Shown here: positions 47,284 to 54,996 of the stretch, piece after piece
Numbering within the stretch: position 1 is the first letter of the stretch
How the letters are laid out: the number at the start of each line of letters is the position of its first letter
Assembly: GCA_001179505.1 (NCBI GenBank)
Contig: CDMY01000543.1
Coordinates: 1 to 54,996, forward strand
DNA: 54,996 nucleotides
Reading direction: 5' to 3'
From: Vitrella brassicaformis CCMP3155
Lineage: Eukaryota > Protista > Chromerida
Position numbers and translations under genes: made by a program
Notes under the pieces: model-generated
The model's input: the letters and a program-made list of their open reading frames with translations, nothing else
Told to the model about the DNA's origin: nothing
Database searches by the model: none

Positions 47284-50200
47284 TCACGGTCCTGTCTGCA
47301 GACGCATCACCTCGATCTCATCGGCAAGCATTGATTCCGTCCGCCTCCCCCACATGACCTGCACCTGGCACCGCTCTGGAACCAACCCCTGTGCCGGCGC
47401 TGGATCAGGCGCCCACAGCCCCAGCCCTTCTTCGATGCGCGCCCCGCGTGTGACCGGCGGCCCCACCAATAGCTTGGTCTCGGTCAATATGGTCGGTCGT
47501 GAGACCGTGACATACTGCAACGTGAGGGATGCGGATTGGAAGACGGGCTGTGAGGGACCGGAGGCCTTGAAGACGAGGGCGCCTACCGAATACTGGTTGA
47601 AGGTGGGCGCATCTGGCAGCTGGGGGGGCGGTAGCAGGCTGCCGCTGATGAAGCAGCCGTTAACGGAGCCATTCGCCGCTCGGATAAGGATCAGCAAGCG
47701 GCCCGCATCGTCCACATGATTGAGCATGTCGGCGAACCCATAACCGTGCTCAGACGCCCTGCAGGAAATGAAAAGAATATGGCAGACCCACAGTTGGTGT
47801 ATCTTTTACTTGTAGAGCAGTTGGGTGCCTGTAATGTCTTTGCCCGTCGTCTGCAGTATGGCCATCAGCTGAGCGGCGGATGTGATCACAGAGGGACTGG
47901 GGATGCACGGCCCATCACCATACAGCTTGAGCATAGGCTCCATCGCCAGACCGTGTCGCTGCATGGCCGCCATGAGTGGTGCCTTCAGCCGTCGAGGAGC
48001 ATACGGGGGGTCGACGACAGTCATGAGGGCAGCAGCACTCATGCGGCCGGCGAAGTCGCTGGCAAGCGCCTCGACTGCAGTGTTGCTGTCGAGTGAGGGA
48101 AAGTACCGATTGAGCATTGAGGACAGCCGCTTGAGGGTCAACCCCTTCGGCATCGTATGTTGTTGATTTGCCTCCAGCACGGCTTTGAGAGTGTCGGCGG
48201 CCGAGGAGTGCGCGAACACGGCCTTGCGCATCTGGATCATCAAACTGAAACACGAAAAGGAGAGGAATGGTCTGCCGTAGGTCGATTCGGATCTCTCTCT
48301 CTCTCTCCTTACTGCCTGAATGTCGTCAGTCGTCAGAACAAAGCGCTTTTCGGCAGCCATCACTGTACCAAGGGTCTGGCCGAATCGGCGCTCCATGGCC
48401 ATCTGGACGCCACGCAGGTGAGATGAGACATCGGGGCTATCGGGCAGGACCACTGTCAGGGCGTTCGCATCCATTTCGAGCAGCGACCAGATGGACGACA
48501 GAATGAAGATGCCAGCGTCAGCAACGTTGGCAGACGGCACTGAACGGGGGCAGACATGGAGACACAGAGACACGTATAACAGAGTAATGCGGCATGATGA
48601 GGGCATTGTGTTGCTTACCGTCTAGATGGACAAGTACGCTGCGGATGCTGGGCATTCGGTCCTTCCAATCGCCCAATGTGATCCCTTCCCTCTCGTCCTC
48701 GGCCTTGATGAACTCATGGCGGCCCTCAGATGTGAAGCCCAGACACAGCCGGTTGGGCACCCCGGGGCCTGCGTTGACGAGCGCCTCGCGCACTTGCCCC
48801 TCATCCCCGTACACAATCAGCATCTCCAGCATCGGCATGTGGGGTCTCATGGTGGCGACAAGCCGCATGGCAAGCTCCCCCTTGACAAGTAGCGTCTTAA
48901 CCCGTTGACCCTTCAGCTTGACGGGCAGCTGACTGGCCTGCCGTCCATCGTCTGGCATGAAAGACTCCAGAGTCACCTCTCGGGGCATCTTGAACTCATT
49001 GATGCGATCGAGCAGGCCAAGCACGTCAGTCCCGGTCATGTGCATCAGCCGCAGCTTCTCGAGGCGCGCTCCTTTTCCCACCACCGCCTTGGCCACACCC
49101 AATCCAATACGGCTCTTCACTGTGAGGTTTTTCACGAGGTTGAGTCCCTCAGGCTTGAAGGCGTTCAGTTCCGGGGGCTCAGGGGGCCTGGCGTCGGCTG
49201 GCGGGGCCCAGCCATCGGCACACTCGATGGATATGCTGAATCCCGTTGAATGTCTGTCGGTAGAGTTGGCTCGCGTGGACGATGAAGGCCGCCCAAGCCA
49301 TTCGAGGACCAGCTCGTTCATTCTGGCCTTGTCGCTGTCATCGGATGCTCCCTGCGATCGGTCCAGTTGGTCGGGTGTGATCGTCCACACGTAGTGGCAT
49401 GTCGGACTCCATTGGACGTCGCCGGCGCTCTTGGTAAAGGGACTGAAGTTTATGGGGAGGCTCTCTGACTCAACTCGCAGATTGTACATCTGCAGCGCAG
49501 CATTGAGGAGGTGGAGGCTGCAGGCGGGCAGCTTGCCGAAGTCGAAGAGAGTGTAAGCCAGCAGCTTGTTCAGGGACATGGTGAGAGGGATGTCTCGGTC
49601 TTCGGCGGACGATGAGTGGACAGTAAAGTGCAATGTAGCCAGTGGCGAGCAGATGGCGTCGACAAATTTAGCCAGGACCTTGAATGTCGCGTAATCGTTG
49701 AGGAGAGTCGAATGGCAGTCGCTTCGATGCACCTCTATTGACAGGAGGTTGAGAGACTTCCAGCAGCCTCGATCAATCAAACACTTCTGGAATCAGAACA
49801 CAATCGAGGCAAAGGATGGCAATGTCGTGGCCCCTACCCCCCGCTTTCTGTGTCCTTCCATTCTGTGGCACCTGCAAATCACGGATGCCATCTCTGATCT
49901 CAGTCACTTCGATGCCGTAGAGCTTGATGGAGCTGACCATCCGAAGCTTTGCGAGAGGGCTGCAGTGCAATCCAGCTGCCCCGCGCTGCTCCAGAGGGAT
50001 GCAATCCAGCAGCTCAGCCATCTGGGGTGGCGTTAGGCTGGGCACTCTCATTTTGACAAGGCACCTCGTTGTGGTGATGAATGGCTTAACGTGCTCCATC
50101 TCGACCGTGCATTCATCTCTCACGCGCTGGAGGGCTGGGATGGCCCATCCCCGCCCATCAATCATAGAGCGAGGGTTGACGCCTTTGTGGTTGACACCTT

Positions 50201-50998
50201 TGACTTCCGTGAGGGCCGGCAAGTTGATGGATTGCAAAGGGTCGACAGCAGGAGGCTCAGACCTGATCTTATCAAGGCGCCGGATCTCCTGTAAGCCGAT
50301 GTCCCGAACTGGCACCGGTTCGAAGGCCAGTGACTTGAGCGACCCCTCGGACATTGTGGTAAGCGGACCCTCCTTGTCTCTCGCCAGTTGGCGTCCCATC
50401 ACATGGCCCTCCACAAGTGCGACAACGATGCCACGGCACCATCCAGCTGCGGCATAATGCAAGCCAGCCTCCAACCCTTCTGCCCCATCAGGTGTCCGCG
50501 GGAAGCGGCGAATGAGACATTTGAGGTTGATCATCTGCTGGCCGAGCTCGTACGCGGTCTGCGGGGACATCGTCTCCCAGAAGGTTCTCTGCCGTGTGTG
50601 GGTGTAGTCGATGACGAGCTCGGTGTGGTGCTGCAGCACGATGCCGCTGAGTGGGGAGGGCAGGGGCGGCTTGAGGCACCATAAGGGATTGACAAACGCA
50701 TAGAGACCGACGTGCAGCTCTCGAGGCTGCACACCGAGAAATCACAGACGAAAGAATTCAACGCGGAGTGAGGCGGATCCTCCGTTCTCCGTTGTCGAGT
50801 CATGCCCTGTTCACCCGCCCCTCTTACCACTCGGAGGCCGGACCAGCCCTGCAGCCGAATGGCCTGCATGCAACAGGCAGCAAGGCCACAAACGCCTCAG
50901 GCGATCTGCTTTGGTGGCAGTGGCACTGGTGGTGGTGTTACCTTGTAGATGGCCTTTGTGGCTTCGTTGTGCGTCCTTCTTTCATCAACTGCGTCCAT
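47284..50998 (-). CDS. Family copy 3: F-box-like / LRR-like / linker / TLDc-like protein, apparently intact
   Basis: Same exon series and phases as copy 2: NEATKAIYK|AIRLQGWSGLRV|PRELHVGLYAF...|KCLIDRG...|VPSANV...|MRKAVF...LLYK|ASEHGY...LADEIEVM. Start assigned to ATG 50998 because of an upstream in-frame stop. Confidence 0.82.
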
Positions 50999-51497
50999 CT
51001 TTCACAGTGTCACCCTGTTGAAGAGCCTCCGCATCACCACAAGTTGAACATGACAAGCAAGGAGGAAAGAAAACTGAAGAACAGCAGTAGAACAGCACTT
51101 CCCGCCCCCCGCGAGTTGATCGGCGAGAGGGGGGCGCGATCTCGTTCATTCATTCATTCCTTCATGAAGTTTCCCTCCTCTGTCGGGCTGGCGGGACTCG
51201 CGTACGCTTTCGCCGTTCCCCGAAATGCATCCAAAGCCCCCAAGCTCGCATGCAAGCCCCCACAAGGGAACCGAAGGAAGTGCTAGCTTGGCCCATATTA
51301 CGGACAAACAAACAAAGAAACACTTTGTTTCGTAAGAGCGTGCCACGCTCAGCAAGCTTCGCGAGTCCCGAATTCCCCCCTCTCCGTGAAAATGCGTCCA
51401 TGGAGAGGTCTGTGTGGAGAGGCATCCCTTCGACGTCGTCGTGTGCATCGAATGCACTCTGTCGGTGTGTGCTCGATGCAGTGCGCGCGATGCTGCA

Positions 51498-51531
51498 CGA
51501 CAGCCATGTGAGCGACAGCCATGTGAGCGAC
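51498..51531. repeat. 15-bp tandem duplication CGACAGCCATGTGAG x2.3, intergenic
   Basis: Read directly. Confidence 0.9.
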
Positions 51532-51676
51532 GAACAAAACCAGCAAGCCTGATTGAACAGGCGTGTACACTGCACGAAGTCTTAGTGGTCCTCAGGGGCA
51601 TTCAAAAAATCACTCGGACGTGCCCTCGAGAACAGCGTCTCCACGTCGCATCGAATCTCAGTCCACTGCCCGCCGT

Positions 51677-54600
51677 TCACGCACCCTGCAACTGCATCAC
51701 CTCCACCTCATCGGCAAGCATCGTTTCCACCCGCCCTTCCCACGCAGCCCATCCGACTCGCGCCAGACACGAGGCCCCTATTAGGCCCCCTACTGCCAGC
51801 TCCCACAGGCACAGCCAGTCCGCCCCTTGCCTGCCGACCACGAGCTGAGGGCCCACTGCCCTATCGTTTGGGGCGGCGGCTTCCGCAATCACCCGCGTCG
51901 ACATCAGGGAGGACGCAAAGGCGGGCTGGGAGGATCCGGAGGCCATGAAGATAACGCCAAGCGCCGTTCGAATCTGGGGAGGGGGCCGCAGGCTGGTGTC
52001 GATGAAGAAGCCGTGTGTGTCTCCATTCGCGCGGACGAGGAACAGCAGGGGGGTCGCATGGCCAACACGACAGAGCATGTCAGTGTACGCAAAGCCGTGC
52101 ACCGTCGCCCTACATGCATACACACGAGAGGAGAACGAGAGAACAAAATCAGACGCCTCAGGGGCCAGACTATCCACTTGGTGTTTCTCTTACTTGTAGA
52201 GCGGCTGGATGCCTGTGATGTCTTTGCCCGTCTTCCGTAGTACGGCCATTAGCTGAGCGGCGGATGCGATCACAGAGGGACTGGGGATGCCCGGCCCATC
52301 GCCATGAAGCCGCATCATGGGCTCCATCGCCAGGCCGTGTCTCTCCATCGCTGCAAGGAGTGGCGCCTTCAGACACCGAGGAGCATATGGGGGGTCGATC
52401 ACAGTCATGGGCGTGGCAGCACTAATGCGGCCGGCGAAGTCACAAGCCAGTATGTCCGTCGAGGCCTCAGTAGCAAGCGCAGCAAGAGAGGGGAGGTATC
52501 CATGCAACTGGGCCGAAGGGCAGGCAGTGCTATGGGAGCAGGCAAATGCTGCCTTCCGCATCTGGGCAATGGAGACACAGAAAAGACGAACGGTATAGTT
52601 TCCTGATACCTTCCATGCCAATACGACCAAGGCCTACCGCTTGGATGTCGTTACTCGTCAAAACAAGGTACTTGCGATTCGTCATTGCCCTCACCATGCC
52701 GCCCATCTGATCCAAGATCTGATCAGGCCCGAATCGCCTCTCGACGGCCAGCTTGAGGGCATCCAGATGGGAATGTTGGGGCAGGACCACTATCAGCTCA
52801 GTGATGGACTCGATCTCAAGAAGCGACCAAATGCTCCCCAGAATGAAGGCGCCTGGATCGACAATGTGGGCCGACGGCACTGAAAACCAGCGAGACACAG
52901 AGGTGCAACTTGGTCAGCAAGTTGATTCTTCTCCATTTCTTCGCCACTTACCATCCAAGTGCATGAGTATGCTCTTGATTGAGGGCAGTTGGTCCTTCCA
53001 ATCGCCCAGTGTGATCCCTTCCCTCTCGTCCTCGGCCTTGATGAACTCATGGATGAGACGAGCGGGATTCCTAGTCAGAGACATGAAGCCGAGAGACAGC
53101 CGGTTGATCGCACCACGATCTCCGGCCATGAGCGCCTGACGCATCTCTGTCTCGCTGCCGCACACTGTGAGCATATCCAGTGATGGCATGTGCCGTTTCA
53201 GCCTTGCCACTAGTCGTATCGCCACCTCTCCCTTGGCCATGAGCTCCTTCACCCCTTGCAGCTTCTTGTTGACGATCAACGCATATGCGCTGTCCAGCTG
53301 GGCCACTTGCTGTTGAATCTCTCCATCTTGTGCCCGCAAGGAGTCAAGCTTCAGCCTCTGCGGCATCTGCACGGAGGAAATTCCCTCCAGCAGAGCCAGC
53401 ACGTCCATCGCGCCCATGTCCATCAGCACCAGGCTCTCTAAGTGCGCACCCTTTGTCAGGACCATCTTAGCCACTCCAAGCCCCATACGGTGCTTGACGA
53501 TCAGAGCCTTCACCCCCTCAAGTCCAGATGGGCTGAGTGCTCTCAGCTCCGGAGGCTCAGGTGGGATGGCATCCGCTGGCGGAGAGAAACCCTCAGCACA
53601 CTCGATGCAAAAAATGCAATCCGCATGCCCATTCCCACAGCCTCCTAATGTCAGCTCCTCCATCAGGCTGAGATCGATGGGGCCGTTCTGTGGTCTGGCA
53701 ACATGGTCTTCTGTGACCGTCCAAACATAGTGGAATGCGGAAGGTGGCGCTGGCTGCGTGTAGCTCTCAATCGAAGGACAATCGTAGGGTGGCTCAGGCC
53801 AATCCTCTTCGGGCTTCATACACAAGTTGTGATGTGTCAGCAAGGTATTGAGGATCGGCAGACCGCAGCTAGGCACCTTGCCGAATCGCGTGTATGCTAG
53901 AAGGTGGGCGAGAGGGATGTCTCCCACGTCGTCGGTAGGAAAGCCAAGAGAAAAGACGACATCGCCGGATGGCGAGCAGGTCGCGTCGATGAATGTGGCG
54001 AGGGCCTTGAACGTCGCATAGTCGTTGAGGATCAGCGAATGGCAGTCGCTGCGATCCACGATGAAACACAGGTAATCGAGCGACTTCGAGCAGCCACGAT
54101 CGACCAAACATTTCTGAAACCAGAAGACAAGCGTGGCATCGTTTCCTCTTTCCTTTTGGAGCCACCTGAAGGTCTTGTAGGCCGTCTCTGAGATCGGTCG
54201 ATGCAATCCCACAGAGTTTGATGCTAATAATCACCCGGAGGTACGCAAGAGGCCCCGGACTCCCCGGCTCCCCCGTCTCGATCCAGTGTAGCAGCCAAGC
54301 CAGCTGCGATGGCGCCATAGGAAACACCGCGTTCAGTTCGACAAGCGACCGCGTCACCAAAAGATATGGCCAAAGGTTTGTCACGTCGAATGTGCTCAAC
54401 TCAGACAAGCGCTGGAGGGCTCCCATAACCCAATTCCGGTCATCGATGATGGAGTGATCAGAGTGGTCGGCTTCGTGGATAAGTCCTACAACATCCGTGA
54501 GAGCCGGAAGATCGACAAAACGAGAAGGGGGGGCAGCAAGAGGGATGTAATTGATACGGCTAAGTCGCTCAGCCTCAGGAAGCAGAAGGTCTGGAATCAC

Positions 54601-54996
54601 CTTCCCCTCGAAGACCAATATTTGTAACGAGCCCTCACTCATCGTGGTCCCCGGACCCTCCTTCTCTCTCGCCGCCTGTCGTCCCGACACATGACCCTCC
54701 ACAAGCCCGATGACGAGCCCCAGGCACCATGTAACCACTGCGGCATGGTGGCCATCTGCCCAGTCAGCTGTACGTGGATAGCGATGGACGAGACACTTCA
54801 AGTTGATCATTTGTTTCCCGAGCTCGTACGCCGTCTGCGGGGACATCGTCTCCCAGAAGATTCTCTGCCGAGTGTTGCTATAGTCGACGACGAGCTCGGT
54901 GTGGTGCTGCAGAACGGCTCCACTGAGTGGGGAGGGCAGGGGCGGCTTGAGGCACCACACGGGATTGACAAACGCATACACACCGACCTGAAGCTC
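51677..54996 (-). CDS. Family copy 4: F-box-like / LRR-like / linker / TLDc-like protein, 5' end outside the window
   Basis: ELQVGVYAFVNPVWCLKPPLP at the window edge. Same exon series down to PLYK|ATVHGF...LADEVEVMQLQGA*. No stop or frameshift seen in the visible exons. Confidence 0.82.

Overview
Intron-dense, GC-rich eukaryotic genomic DNA with microsatellite-filled introns and a 300-N gap at 29069-29368. A bipartite plastid-targeted GPAT and the gene style point to a chromerid alveolate, most likely Vitrella brassicaformis (inference, not verified). The supplied ORF track is mostly exon fragments and shadow ORFs, so gene models were rebuilt by hand from GT-AG sites and reading phase. Recognisable housekeeping genes: TypA/BipA GTPase (4.4-7.6 kb), DNA polymerase epsilon subunit B, DUS1, plastid GPAT and RPS3 (27-41 kb). 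Accessory genes dominate 7.8-23 kb and 42.9-55 kb. They include four paralogues with an F-box-like / LRR-like / linker / TLDc-like layout, a BTB-BTB-TLDc gene sharing the same linker-TLDc module and intron, a BTB-BTB-DUSP chimera and an orphan TLDc exon. Several accessory genes and a PP2C carry frameshifts, nonsense codons or broken splice sites. Best leads: (1) a modular, apparently recombining family of putative cullin adaptors with a variable TLDc end cassette; (2) a small secreted His-rich protein with four CxCxC motifs; (3) a small coiled-coil gene whose stop lies 25 nt before the POLE2 ATG.
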